Virus record (IMG/VR): IMGVR_UViG_3300023179_005186
Location: 124,001-188,000 of that record
Length of the DNA stretch: 64,000 nt
Strand: one strand, 5' to 3'
In this document: positions 32,263-42,869 of the stretch, in pieces
Numbering within the stretch: the stretch's first letter is position 1
Layout: each line of letters begins with the position of its first letter
Position numbers and translations under genes: made by a program
The notes under the pieces: generated by a model
Database searches by the model: none
Told to the model about the DNA's origin: nothing
What the model saw: only the letters and a program-made list of their open reading frames with translations

Positions 32263-35200
32263 ATGAGTAATAATATGTACAAAGAAGATGATAAAGACCA
32301 TAAAAAATATAATAATTTTGAAAATCATGGTCTGGAAAATAAAAAATCCGTAATACAACGTATTAACTATTTAAATTTACAAGAATATATTGAAGCGAAT
32401 AAAACTGTTGAGAAAAGTGGTTTAGAAACTCATCAACAATGGGTAGGTGATGCAGTTTCAAGAGAAAATGGAATATTTAATATAAATTTCAAAGTTAACG
32501 ATGATGATTATGAAGAATTTATAAAATTATACATAAAAGAGTGTTTAAAAAATTACGGTAGAATGAACATAATGGAAAAACCTAGAGAAATTGGACCATT
32601 AGTTTTAGATTTTGATTTAAAACAAACTACTTCTCAAAGAAAATTAACATCTAATGAGATTATGCAAGTAATTGAATGTATTAATGATACAATAATGAAA
32701 TATTTTAGTTTTAATGATAATGAGATCTTAGAATCATATATTTTAATGAAAGAAAGACCATTTTATAATAAAAAGAATACTAATTATTCAGATGGATTTC
32801 ATGTGCATTATCCAAAATTATATTTATCAATCGAAGATCGTTTTTTAATATTTGAAGAAAGTAAACAAGAAATTATTAATAAAAATCTATTTAGTGAAGT
32901 ATTTAATGTATTATGTAGTACAGATGATTTTAAAAATAAAAATAGTTCTGATAATGAAACAGAAGAGTTGATTAATGATTATAAAACTTTAGATGAAGAA
33001 AATTTTGATTATGTTAAAAATTTTTATGAACAATTAAGTGAAAAAGAAAAAAACGAAGTTCATGATAGTGTTTTTGATAGTTCACCTATTAAAAAAAATA
33101 AATGGTTCCTTTATGGATCTGGTAAAAATATTGGAGGTAAATTTAATCTTTATGAAGTTAAATATATTTTTGATTACAATGCAGAACTTATTGATGAAAT
33201 TCCAGAAAAAGAAGAATTAATTAACTTATTAGCTATTAGATGGAATTATGAAGTTAAAGTAAAACCTAGAAAAAAATCAGATTATTTAAATGTAATTGAG
33301 TATATTAGAACAAAATATATAAATAAAAATAAAATTAATATGAATCAGGCTTTTTTAAAATCAGATAAAGTTAATATTCAATCTGAAGATATTATTTCAC
33401 TAGATGAAAAATATATGAAAAGTACTAATGTTGAAAATAAATTTAATTATAAAGCTAATGAAAATGAAAATTTTAAAAAAATTAAAGATGAAATAGATAT
33501 TACTAAAAAGCTTGTTAAATTACTTTCTGCTAATAGAGCTTATAACTATAATGATTGGATTGTAGTTGGATGGGCTTTATTTAATATTGATTGTACATTA
33601 CTTAATGAATTTATAGAATTTTCAAAAAAAGCATCTACAAAGTTTAAAATAGGTGAATGTGAAAAGATTTGGAAACAATGTGAAGACCGCAGAGATATAA
33701 ATGGTGAAGGTAATGGTTACACTATTGCATCTCTATATCATTGGGCTAAAGAAGATAATTTTTCTGGATATAAAAACTTGATGTCTGAAAAAATTAATGC
33801 ATTATTAGATAATGGTAATATTAATACTGATTTTGATGTAGCATATATAATTTTTACAATGTATCAATATGAATATGTATGTAGCTCAATATGTAAAAAT
33901 ATATGGTGGCAATTTAAAGATCATAAATGGTCTAGAATTGAAGAAGCATATACACTTAGTAAAAAAATGTCTGAAGAAGTTTGTAGAAAATTTGCAGAAT
34001 TGGCAGCAGATTGTTATTCACAATCGAATAAAGAATCTATTGCTGGTTATAAATCTGATTTATTAAGACAAAAGGCACTTAATATTGGAAAATTAGTTGA
34101 AAGACTTAAAAAAAGTTCTTTTAAACAAACTATTATTAAAGAATGTTCATTGCTTTTTTATTGGGAAAACTTTGAAAAAGAAATGGATCAAAATAATTAT
34201 TTGGTAGGATTTGATGATGGTGTATTTGATTTACAATCTGGTAAGTTTAGAAATGGATATCCAGATGATCTAATCAGTAAAACTGTTGGATATAAATATA
34301 AAAATTATACAATTGATCATCCTATCATAAAAGATATTGAAAAATTTATGAAGTCTATTCAACCAGAAGAAGATATGAAACGTTTTGTACTTTGTTATTG
34401 TGCTTCATTATTTGAGGGTGGTAATAAAGATCAACGATTTATGATTTGGACGGGTTGTGGTTCAAATGGTAAAGGCACTCTTATAAATTTATTAAGTAAA
34501 ACATTGGGTAAATATTATGGTACTGTTCCACCTACATTTTTAACTCAAAAACGTGGTAATAGTTCTCAAGCAACACCAGAACTTGCTGATAAATATGGTA
34601 CAAGATTATTAACAACACAAGAACCTGAAAATACTGATTCAATACATATTGGTTTTATGAAAAATATTACTGGTGGTGATGAAATTATGGCTAGACCCTT
34701 ATATGGTGATCCATTTACTTATGTTCCACAATTTAAATTAGTTATGGCTTGTAATAGATTACCAAATATTCCAGAAGGTGGTGATGGAGGTGTTTGGAGA
34801 CGTATTCGTGTAGTTGATTTTGGACAAAAATTTGTTGATAAACCAAATGCTCCTAATGAACATCCAAAAGATAGAGATTTACCTGAAAAACTTCCTAAAT
34901 GGACGCAAGCTTTTACATGGCTATTATTAAATATTTACTATCCTATATATAAAAAATATAAAGATATAGATGAAATAACTCCAGCAATTGTATTTACTGC
35001 TACTAAGAAATATGAAATGGATACAAATGTTTATATGGAATTTATAAACGAAACCATTGAATTTGATGACTCTGAATCCATAGATAAATCTGATTTATGG
35101 GGATATTTTAAACATTGGCATAGTACTTCTTATGATGGTGTTAAGATACCACATATGAAGAAATTTTATACTTATCTTGATAATAATAATTTTAAAATAA

Positions 35201-35271
35201 AAGGGTCTATAGTTAAAGGTATTAAATTAAAAGCTCAAGAAGAACGTAAATTAGTAAATGATTTAATTTAA
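32263..35271 (+). CDS. D5-like primase-helicase
   Basis: AEP motifs LDFDL and DGFHVHY, PriCT-2 (YNDWIVVGWAL), and SF3 helicase WTGCGSNGKG...ACNRLP...VWRRIRVVDF; AAAATTGA at 32218-32225. Confidence 0.95.
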   Translation: MSNNMYKEDDKDHKKYNNFENHGLENKKSVIQRINYLNLQEYIEANKTVEKSGLETHQQWVGDAVSRENGIFNINFKVNDDDYEEFIKLYIKECLKNYGRMNIMEKPREIGPLVLDFDLKQTTSQRKLTSNEIMQVIECINDTIMKYFSFNDNEILESYILMKERPFYNKKNTNYSDGFHVHYPKLYLSIEDRFLIFEESKQEIINKNLFSEVFNVLCSTDDFKNKNSSDNETEELINDYKTLDEENFDYVKNFYEQLSEKEKNEVHDSVFDSSPIKKNKWFLYGSGKNIGGKFNLYEVKYIFDYNAELIDEIPEKEELINLLAIRWNYEVKVKPRKKSDYLNVIEYIRTKYINKNKINMNQAFLKSDKVNIQSEDIISLDEKYMKSTNVENKFNYKANENENFKKIKDEIDITKKLVKLLSANRAYNYNDWIVVGWALFNIDCTLLNEFIEFSKKASTKFKIGECEKIWKQCEDRRDINGEGNGYTIASLYHWAKEDNFSGYKNLMSEKINALLDNGNINTDFDVAYIIFTMYQYEYVCSSICKNIWWQFKDHKWSRIEEAYTLSKKMSEEVCRKFAELAADCYSQSNKESIAGYKSDLLRQKALNIGKLVERLKKSSFKQTIIKECSLLFYWENFEKEMDQNNYLVGFDDGVFDLQSGKFRNGYPDDLISKTVGYKYKNYTIDHPIIKDIEKFMKSIQPEEDMKRFVLCYCASLFEGGNKDQRFMIWTGCGSNGKGTLINLLSKTLGKYYGTVPPTFLTQKRGNSSQATPELADKYGTRLLTTQEPENTDSIHIGFMKNITGGDEIMARPLYGDPFTYVPQFKLVMACNRLPNIPEGGDGGVWRRIRVVDFGQKFVDKPNAPNEHPKDRDLPEKLPKWTQAFTWLLLNIYYPIYKKYKDIDEITPAIVFTATKKYEMDTNVYMEFINETIEFDDSESIDKSDLWGYFKHWHSTSYDGVKIPHMKKFYTYLDNNNFKIKGSIVKGIKLKAQEERKLVNDLI

Positions 35272-35357
35272 TTATAAAGTTTATATATACATATTTTTTA
35301 ATAAAAATTGAAAATAATGATATATTAAACAGTGTACATTCTTAACTATAATAACCT

Positions 35358-35825
35358 ATGACTATGAAATCTAATACTTTAGATTTAAAACCTTTAAAAC
35401 ATATTAGTAAAATAGAACAATTAGAAAAAAATAATAAAGATTTAATAAATTATGTTAACTTATATATTGATAATATTAATAAACTAATATTAAATAATTC
35501 TTATAATAATGATGATTTTTTAAGTTATCTTAATACTATAAATGTTTATCTGAATAAAACATGTGATGATAATAAACATAATTTACTTATAATTAATCAA
35601 TTTACTGAAAAAATTAATCAATTTTGTAAAAAAAGCATAGAAGATAGTTTAAAAAAATGTAAAAATTTTGATAATATAAATATTTCAAACTCATATTATA
35701 ATTCTTATGGAGAAGTAATTTCTTATGGAGAAGTACCTTATCAAAATCCTTCAGAATGTTGTAATATGTCTAGAAATTCAAATATTAATTATTGTTGTAG
35801 TCCAGATATTGGCCTTGATGGTTAA
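35358..35825 (+). CDS. Hypothetical protein
   Basis: 155-aa ORF; AAAATTGA at 35304-35311. Confidence 0.65.
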   Translation: MTMKSNTLDLKPLKHISKIEQLEKNNKDLINYVNLYIDNINKLILNNSYNNDDFLSYLNTINVYLNKTCDDNKHNLLIINQFTEKINQFCKKSIEDSLKKCKNFDNINISNSYYNSYGEVISYGEVPYQNPSECCNMSRNSNINYCCSPDIGLDG

Positions 35826-35833
35826 ATGAATTA

Positions 35834-37372
35834 TTAAAAATAACGCTCTAACTTATTTATTCTTAACATTTTTTTTATTGATTCTAATATTAAATTATTA
35901 AATTTATTATTTAAATCCAAATCTATATTTTTATCCCAATCATCATATTTTATTATTTTATAAAATCTTAAAATTTTTGATTTATTTATTAAATAATTTT
36001 TTCTTGGTGATTTTATTATTAATTTTAAAATTTTATCATGATTTAATCTTCCCATTTTTTCTATTAATAATTTAATATTTATTAAATCTTTATCATATCT
36101 ATCAATATTGGTATCTTTTTCTACATCTAGTATAACCTTGCCAAATAATAATTCATAAATACTGCATCCTAAAGACCAAATATCACATGTATAATCATAT
36201 TCTAATCCTAAAACTATTTCTGGAGCTCTATAATATCTTGTTTGAATTGTGTGATTTTTAGAACCATATTTTTCTATTAATCCAAAATCTGTTAGTTTAA
36301 TAATTGGATTTTCAAAATAATTCATTATTTCTATTAATTCATCCGATAATTTAATATTTAATTGATTAGAAGTAACACTATTTTTTTGTAATATTGTATC
36401 TTCTTTATTTAAAAAATTATTATCTTTATCCGTTTTTTTAGAAAATTGTTTTTTAGATAAATAATTTAATATATCCTCAGTATGAAATATATCTTTTACT
36501 AAATTATATTCACCTTCATCTGAATTATATGATGAACAATCTGTATCATAATCTGAATCAGAATAATATGAAATTACATCATTTGCAAATAAATTTATTC
36601 TTCTTAAATTAGAACTAGAATCAGAATCAGAACCAGAATCAGAACCAGAATCAGAATCAGAATCAGAATCAGAATTAGTATCAGTACTAGAATCAATTTC
36701 TGATTCATCCATAATATTGTCTTTTAAACCAAACTTTTTTGATAGATCTTTAAGATATTTATAAATTGGATCTGTAATTATATTATAAAAACTATCACTT
36801 TCATAACGTTTTATCTGACCTAATTTTTTTATTTTATCTTGTAATGAATATTTAATTGTCCAAGATAAAATATCATTTTGTAATTTTGTTGTACCCATTA
36901 ATAAATAATTATCTGGCTTAATATCAGTATGTGTATAACCACATTTATGAACAAATTTTAAACTAGAAATCATTGGATTTATAAATTTATAAACTATTTG
37001 TGGATCTAATTTTCTATTAAATTTTTTAAGTATATCATAAAGTGAACCAATTGCTAAATCATAAACTACAACAACATTAATTTTATCATGAATAAAATAA
37101 TCTATCGGATAGTTAATATTATCTGATTTTGTATTATTTAATAATAGAACTTCACTTATTTTTGTTTCTAAAATACCTTGATCATAACTATCATCTAAAT
37201 GTATTTTTAAAGCTCTCATTTTATAATCAAATTTTTTTTTTATTCTTGTAAAATACATTAATTTAGGTACTTCAATACAATACCATACTTCTGCATAAGA
37301 ACCTTCACCTAATTTATATATTTTTATATATAAAGTATCTTTATCAATATTGTATAATATATTTGTATCCAT
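35834..37372 (-). CDS. SRPK-like Ser/Thr kinase with acidic/Ser-Asp spacer
   Basis: LGEGSYAEVW, HTDIKPDN, long insert, DFG, IQTRYYRAPE and DIWSLGC. Confidence 0.9.
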   Translation of the reverse strand: MDTNILYNIDKDTLYIKIYKLGEGSYAEVWYCIEVPKLMYFTRIKKKFDYKMRALKIHLDDSYDQGILETKISEVLLLNNTKSDNINYPIDYFIHDKINVVVVYDLAIGSLYDILKKFNRKLDPQIVYKFINPMISSLKFVHKCGYTHTDIKPDNYLLMGTTKLQNDILSWTIKYSLQDKIKKLGQIKRYESDSFYNIITDPIYKYLKDLSKKFGLKDNIMDESEIDSSTDTNSDSDSDSDSGSDSGSDSDSSSNLRRINLFANDVISYYSDSDYDTDCSSYNSDEGEYNLVKDIFHTEDILNYLSKKQFSKKTDKDNNFLNKEDTILQKNSVTSNQLNIKLSDELIEIMNYFENPIIKLTDFGLIEKYGSKNHTIQTRYYRAPEIVLGLEYDYTCDIWSLGCSIYELLFGKVILDVEKDTNIDRYDKDLINIKLLIEKMGRLNHDKILKLIIKSPRKNYLINKSKILRFYKIIKYDDWDKNIDLDLNNKFNNLILESIKKMLRINKLERYF

Positions 37373-37422
37373 TTTAAATATAATTTAATCTTATTGTTAA
37401 AAATTTAAATATAATTAAAAAA

Positions 37423-37995
37423 CTATTTCTCTAAATTTCTAATTTTTTCTTTTAATTTTTTTATTTTACCATTTAATTCTTTAATTATTTCTTCATATTC
37501 ATCTTTAATTTCTTGAATTGACATCTTTTTATAAAATATTGTTCCCTCTACCTGAACTGACCACTCTACTCCTTCTGCATTTTTTAATATAACAAATTTT
37601 GGTAATCCAGTATTTGATTTTAAATTACCACCCATTCTAAATATCAATTCACCATCTTTTTTTGCAAAATATCTTAAATGTGTTCCTATTAACACATTAC
37701 TTATGTCGTCAACTTTTTTATAATCTTCTAATTTTTTTTCTACATCTTCTTTTGATAAATTATCTGTAAATGTTGATTTTGGTCTCAAAAATCCTTTTTT
37801 CCCTTTTACTTTATTTGAATTTTGTGAATCATTATCTACATCTGTTTTTGATTTCATTTTATTTATATAATTATTAGTTAATGTTTTAACTCCTTGATTT
37901 TTTGTTTTTTTACCTATTGACATTAATACATCATTAATTTCATTTTCATTAAGTTCTTTTGTTTTTTTAGATTTATTTTTTTTATCTTTATCCAT
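37423..37995 (-). CDS. NCLDV hypothetical protein
   Basis: GTHLRYF...FRMGG...WSVQ...IFYKK; minus-strand promoter at 38034-38041. Confidence 0.75.
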   Translation of the reverse strand: MDKDKKNKSKKTKELNENEINDVLMSIGKKTKNQGVKTLTNNYINKMKSKTDVDNDSQNSNKVKGKKGFLRPKSTFTDNLSKEDVEKKLEDYKKVDDISNVLIGTHLRYFAKKDGELIFRMGGNLKSNTGLPKFVILKNAEGVEWSVQVEGTIFYKKMSIQEIKDEYEEIIKELNGKIKKLKEKIRNLEK

Positions 37996-38132
37996 TTATA
38001 TTTTTAATATATTAATATAATATAAATTAATTTTCAATTTTATTCAATTATGTTATTTATAAACTATAATTATTTTTTTTAATAAAAAATAGTAAATTTA
38101 TATAAATATTTATGAATAGTTAATATATTATT

Positions 38133-38942
38133 ATGGAATTAGATTGGTGTTCAGATGAAGACTTAAAAAATACACAATTATTCAATGATAATTCCGTTAT
38201 ATCTTCTAAAAAAAGAAATGAAAAAGAAAAAAACTTGGATGATTTAGATATAGAAAAAGAAATATTACCTGAAGATTGTTTTAATTTAAATATTAAATGC
38301 GATACTTCTTCTCAATTACTATTAATTATGAATTATCTCTCATGTGTATCAAATCATTTAAGAACATTAATTAGAAATAAAAATATTAAAGATTCAAATA
38401 AATTAATTACTAATGAAGAACTTGAAATAATATTAAAATATCAAAAATGGTTAATTGATACAGCTGATAATATTAAAAGTTTTTTTGGTACACCACAAAG
38501 AAAAGATAATAGTTATGATCCAAATAGTATTAAACTATTTAAAACTTCTAGTTATAAGTTTTGTAATTTTAAAGAATCATGTTCTATTCATAAAAATAAA
38601 AATAGAAATTGTGATAAAAATCATTTTGTTTTTGATATGATTATTAATGATATTAAAAAATTATCTGATTCTTTAAATATCATTGGTATTGATAATTTAA
38701 ATTATATTTTAACTAATAAAAATTTAAAAGTTACATGGAATAATAATTCTTATATTATTGAAAGATATGATAATGTAATAAGTTTAGAATCACAAATTCA
38801 CAATCCAGATAATGAATTTATTATTAATAAAAATTTAATATTTAAATCTTTTGATGTTGCTTCGTATGTATTAAATAAAATGTATGAAGAATCTTTATCT
38901 TTTCTTAAATATGGTTTAAATTCATTACAAATTAATATATAA
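38133..38942 (+). CDS. Hypothetical protein (SSYKFC...C...C..H possible Zn site)
   Basis: 269-aa ORF. Confidence 0.7.
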   Translation: MELDWCSDEDLKNTQLFNDNSVISSKKRNEKEKNLDDLDIEKEILPEDCFNLNIKCDTSSQLLLIMNYLSCVSNHLRTLIRNKNIKDSNKLITNEELEIILKYQKWLIDTADNIKSFFGTPQRKDNSYDPNSIKLFKTSSYKFCNFKESCSIHKNKNRNCDKNHFVFDMIINDIKKLSDSLNIIGIDNLNYILTNKNLKVTWNNNSYIIERYDNVISLESQIHNPDNEFIINKNLIFKSFDVASYVLNKMYEESLSFLKYGLNSLQINI

Positions 38943-39890
38943 TTATTCAAATAGTGTTAAAGAACCTGATTTAGAATTTGCATTCATTTCTAAATCTAAA
39001 TAATCCCAATCATGATCAAAATTATAATGTAATTCTTTTTTTGATAGTTCATAATATTTATTACAAAAATCTATTAATTCTTTTTCTAGATTAATTGTTT
39101 CGCTTATATATAATTCATCTATATTTATTTTATTTAATACTTCAAATATATTTTTAATTTTTTCATTTTTAACTGCATTTTCAATATAATTATATTTAGC
39201 TGTAAATAAAATTGGTATTACAGGTTCTTCTCTCAATTTTAACTCTTCTTCTGACTTGAAAATATCTTCCAAAGAATCTTTATTAATAATATATTTTATT
39301 TTTTTCCATGTTTCATAATCACCTTTTGTTCTTGATATATCTGATATAATTTTTTCTCTTTTCTTCTTCTCAAGTTTTTCTAGTTTACTATCTAAAGATT
39401 TTATTTTAAACTCTATTTTTTTTATATTATTTAATTCTAAATTGTATAAATCCATAACTTGTTCACATTTTTTGATCAATTCTTGTTTTTTCTTCTCTTT
39501 TTCATCATTTTGTTTATTATCTTCTATATCTTCTTTTAAAATTATTTCTTTTTTAACTGGTAATACTTTCGAATTTTCTTCTTTAAAAGTTATTGTCATT
39601 TGTTTATTAGTATTTAAGTTACCAATTGAATTTTGTGATACAAATATATAACTTAAATCTAAATTTAAGTTTTTTTTAATACCATCATTAAATTCAAAAA
39701 AATTATTACCATCATAACTTATAATATATTCATATTTAACACCATCATATTTAACAACATATACATTTTCACAATATTCTTTATTTCTTAAATATGTCTT
39801 TTTATATAATTGTGTTAAAATATCAAAATATTCAGTTGATAATGATATTTCTGGAATTAATAGATTTTTGTCAACTAATGTATAATTCAT
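38943..39890 (-). CDS. Hypothetical coiled-coil protein
   Basis: 315-aa ORF. Confidence 0.7.
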   Translation of the reverse strand: MNYTLVDKNLLIPEISLSTEYFDILTQLYKKTYLRNKEYCENVYVVKYDGVKYEYIISYDGNNFFEFNDGIKKNLNLDLSYIFVSQNSIGNLNTNKQMTITFKEENSKVLPVKKEIILKEDIEDNKQNDEKEKKKQELIKKCEQVMDLYNLELNNIKKIEFKIKSLDSKLEKLEKKKREKIISDISRTKGDYETWKKIKYIINKDSLEDIFKSEEELKLREEPVIPILFTAKYNYIENAVKNEKIKNIFEVLNKINIDELYISETINLEKELIDFCNKYYELSKKELHYNFDHDWDYLDLEMNANSKSGSLTLFE

Positions 39891-40006
39891 TTGTTTAATA
39901 ATAAGGTATTATACACATTTTTTTAAATTATTATTTATACATTTTACTAATTTAATTTACTAATAAAATATTTTTATATGATTGTAATATAATAAATAAA
40001 TTATAA

Positions 40007-40768
40007 ATGGGTAGAATTATATCAAATATTATAAAAATATTTTTATTAATAATAATTTTAATAGTGATTTATAATTTTATTATGTCATTTGATCCAGAAA
40101 AAATAAAGCAAGGTTATAAATGTAATTTGGATAAACTTGATATAGATGATTTAGTTATTATAAATAGAAGTCCTGAATATATTAAATATATTAATAAATT
40201 AATTGATGATAAGAGTTTTCTCTTTACAGATGAACAATTAAAAGTACTTAAAAATCCAAATCAATTTTATAATGTTGATAAAGAATCAAAAAATATATCT
40301 AATATATCTAATGAATTTTATGTAACATGCCAAGATGACTTGGATACACCAGTTGGTAAAACTGTTGAATATTTTGAAGATTTAAATGATGAAAAAATAA
40401 CTTCTGAAGATATATTAGAAATTGATTCTAGTAAGGAATATAATAATATTATTAAACAATTTGAAAATAATATTAAAAATACTGTTAAACCAGATTGTGT
40501 TAATAGTTGCGTATTATCTGATCCTAAATATCTTAAAAACTATTATTTAGATTTATATGGTAATAATGTTAAATCTAATCTAATTGATTATTTTGCAGAT
40601 TATTATACTAATATTAATAATAATGAACAAAAAGAATGCATACCAGTTGAAACATTAAAAGGACAAAGTAATTTTATTATACCAGATCAATATAGTATCC
40701 AAAATTATTTTACAAATGCTTATAATGTTGATTGGAGTAGAATTGTCAATCCCAATACTATATTTTAA
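40007..40768 (+). CDS. Hypothetical protein with N-terminal TM anchor
   Basis: 253-aa ORF. Confidence 0.7.
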   Translation: MGRIISNIIKIFLLIIILIVIYNFIMSFDPEKIKQGYKCNLDKLDIDDLVIINRSPEYIKYINKLIDDKSFLFTDEQLKVLKNPNQFYNVDKESKNISNISNEFYVTCQDDLDTPVGKTVEYFEDLNDEKITSEDILEIDSSKEYNNIIKQFENNIKNTVKPDCVNSCVLSDPKYLKNYYLDLYGNNVKSNLIDYFADYYTNINNNEQKECIPVETLKGQSNFIIPDQYSIQNYFTNAYNVDWSRIVNPNTIF

Positions 40769-40833
40769 ATATTTATAAAAAGTTGAAAATAAATAATAAT
40801 AATTTAAAGTTATATATATATATTATTTTAAAA

Positions 40834-41415
40834 ATGTCATTCCCTGTAGTAAATAGCACTAAAGAAGAATTTATTAAATATATTAGTCAATCTAATCTTT
40901 CAGAATCTGATTTTGATAATATTATAAAAACTATAAATGAAAGTTACATTGAATTAGCGCAACAAATTAATTTATTACATGATAAACGAACTGATCTTTT
41001 AATTAAACTTCGTGAAACACATAATGAATATAAAAAAGTTATGGGTCACGGAGAAATTCAACAAATTATAGATGCAGAAAATGATGGTGAAGATTATGAT
41101 GTAGAAAAAATTAAAACAAATAAACGAGGTCGCAAAAAAGAAAATGTAGTTGAGGAAAATATTAACGAGAAAAAAGAAGAGTTAAAACTTGATGAATTAG
41201 AAAAACAAGTATTATCACAAGATTTACCTGAATTTAAAAGTAAAACCAAAAAAATAAAAGAAGTTGAACCAGAAAAAAAACAAGTTGAACTAGAAAAAAA
41301 AGAAGAGGTAAAACTTGAAGTTAAAATTAAAAAGAATAAAGTAAAATCAAAATCAAAAGAAGAAATTAAAGTAGTTGATACAAATGAAAAAAACATTACT
41401 AAAAAAGCAAAATAA
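40834..41415 (+). CDS. Hypothetical Lys/Glu-rich protein
   Basis: First ATG at 40834; KRGRKK motif. Confidence 0.7.
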   Translation: MSFPVVNSTKEEFIKYISQSNLSESDFDNIIKTINESYIELAQQINLLHDKRTDLLIKLRETHNEYKKVMGHGEIQQIIDAENDGEDYDVEKIKTNKRGRKKENVVEENINEKKEELKLDELEKQVLSQDLPEFKSKTKKIKEVEPEKKQVELEKKEEVKLEVKIKKNKVKSKSKEEIKVVDTNEKNITKKAK

Positions 41416-41510
41416 ACATTTTATAAATATATATAAATTTTTATAGTATAAAATTTAATTAAAAAAGTTGATTTTTAAATATTAATAAATTATATTTAAT
41501 ATTTAAATAC

Positions 41511-42149
41511 ATGTTTAATGATGATAATGATGAGAATGATAAAAATATTCGTTATAATAATTTATTAAAAAAATATGAAATTATAAAATTATCTGATGAT
41601 TATGATAATTATGTGAAAATTTATGAAGTTGGTAAGAAAAAAAAAATACATAAAAAATATTTTAAAAAATATTGGTTAAAAATGAATAAAAGATATTTTG
41701 TACCAATATCAACTGATAATAAATATATTAGTATATATAATATTAATCAAATAGAATATTATAGAGATAAACAAAATGGCATTAATATAGATCATTACAA
41801 TAGTATTCAATATCATAATGATTACAGATATCATATTTATAGAGGTTTAAAAATAAATAATGATAAATGTTTACTTTATTACACAAATACTAATTATGAT
41901 TTTTTAAAAGATAGTTATAGTAAATCATTATATACTAATTTATGTCATTCTAATTGGGAAAATAGAAGTCCTAGTGAATTATATGGTTCTACATTAGTTA
42001 ATAATTATGAAAAATATATTGGTGATTCTAAAATAATAGATTTTTTAAATAACATCCAATCTAAAAAAAAAATTAAAAATAGTTATTTTGAAACACAAGA
42101 GGATCATGATCCTTTTTATTTTTTAATTTTATTAGTTTTATACAAGTAA
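41511..42149 (+). CDS. Hypothetical protein
   Basis: 212-aa ORF. Confidence 0.65.
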   Translation: MFNDDNDENDKNIRYNNLLKKYEIIKLSDDYDNYVKIYEVGKKKKIHKKYFKKYWLKMNKRYFVPISTDNKYISIYNINQIEYYRDKQNGINIDHYNSIQYHNDYRYHIYRGLKINNDKCLLYYTNTNYDFLKDSYSKSLYTNLCHSNWENRSPSELYGSTLVNNYEKYIGDSKIIDFLNNIQSKKKIKNSYFETQEDHDPFYFLILLVLYK

Positions 42150-42210
42150 TTATTATTTATAAAAAAATTGATATATTAATATAATATAATTAATTTATTG
42201 TTATTTAAAA

Positions 42211-42507
42211 ATGATATCAGACACAGAGATAATCGATTATTTAAGAGATTTTATTGATAAATTAGAATTAAAAATAATAAATGGAAAAATTATTAATATG
42301 CTAAAATTAGATAATATTGTTATTGAAATTAAAGAAAAAATCTGTGATTATAATAATCATATGATTAGTTGGTATGATGAAGAATATAATGAAGACATTA
42401 AAAAATTTGATAAAACTTTAAATGAATTTAAATCAAAAATTTTTATTTTTAATGATTTATCTTTGGTCTCAGTAAATAATCAAACTATTAATTTAAATTT
42501 TTTATAA
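42211..42507 (+). CDS. Hypothetical protein
   Basis: 98-aa ORF; AAAATTGA at 42164-42171. Confidence 0.6.
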   Translation: MISDTEIIDYLRDFIDKLELKIINGKIINMLKLDNIVIEIKEKICDYNNHMISWYDEEYNEDIKKFDKTLNEFKSKIFIFNDLSLVSVNNQTINLNFL

Positions 42508-42519
42508 TAATAATTTTTA

Positions 42520-42819
42520 TTAAATTATTGAAATTAAATTACTATATCCTCCAATAAATTTACTATTTAAAAAAATTACTGGAAAAGTTTTGTGATTAGT
42601 ATCAAAAGCTAATTCTGGATGTTTTTCTACTAATTGATTTAATACTTTAAAAAAAATATTATAATATTTATCAATTTCATAATACTTAAATGGAATTTTT
42701 TTATCTTCTAAATATTTTATTGTTGCTTTAGAATATCCACAAAATGATAAACCAAAAATTATAAATTTATTATTTTTTTTTTTTATTTTTTTATATAATT
42801 TATCATCTATATTTTCCAT
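42520..42819 (-). CDS. Monothiol glutaredoxin
   Basis: CGYS active site, TFPVIF and IGGYS. Confidence 0.9.
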   Translation of the reverse strand: MENIDDKLYKKIKKKNNKFIIFGLSFCGYSKATIKYLEDKKIPFKYYEIDKYYNIFFKVLNQLVEKHPELAFDTNHKTFPVIFLNSKFIGGYSNLISII

Positions 42820-42869
42820 ATTAAAAAAATTTGATATATATTTATATTACATAATAAATTAATATTAAG

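Noticed and set aside
36615-36680. 6-bp microsatellite (also 7316-7345 and 63300-63400)
   Set aside because: These encode low-complexity Ser-Asp, Ser or SKKD protein tracts and are not independent elements.
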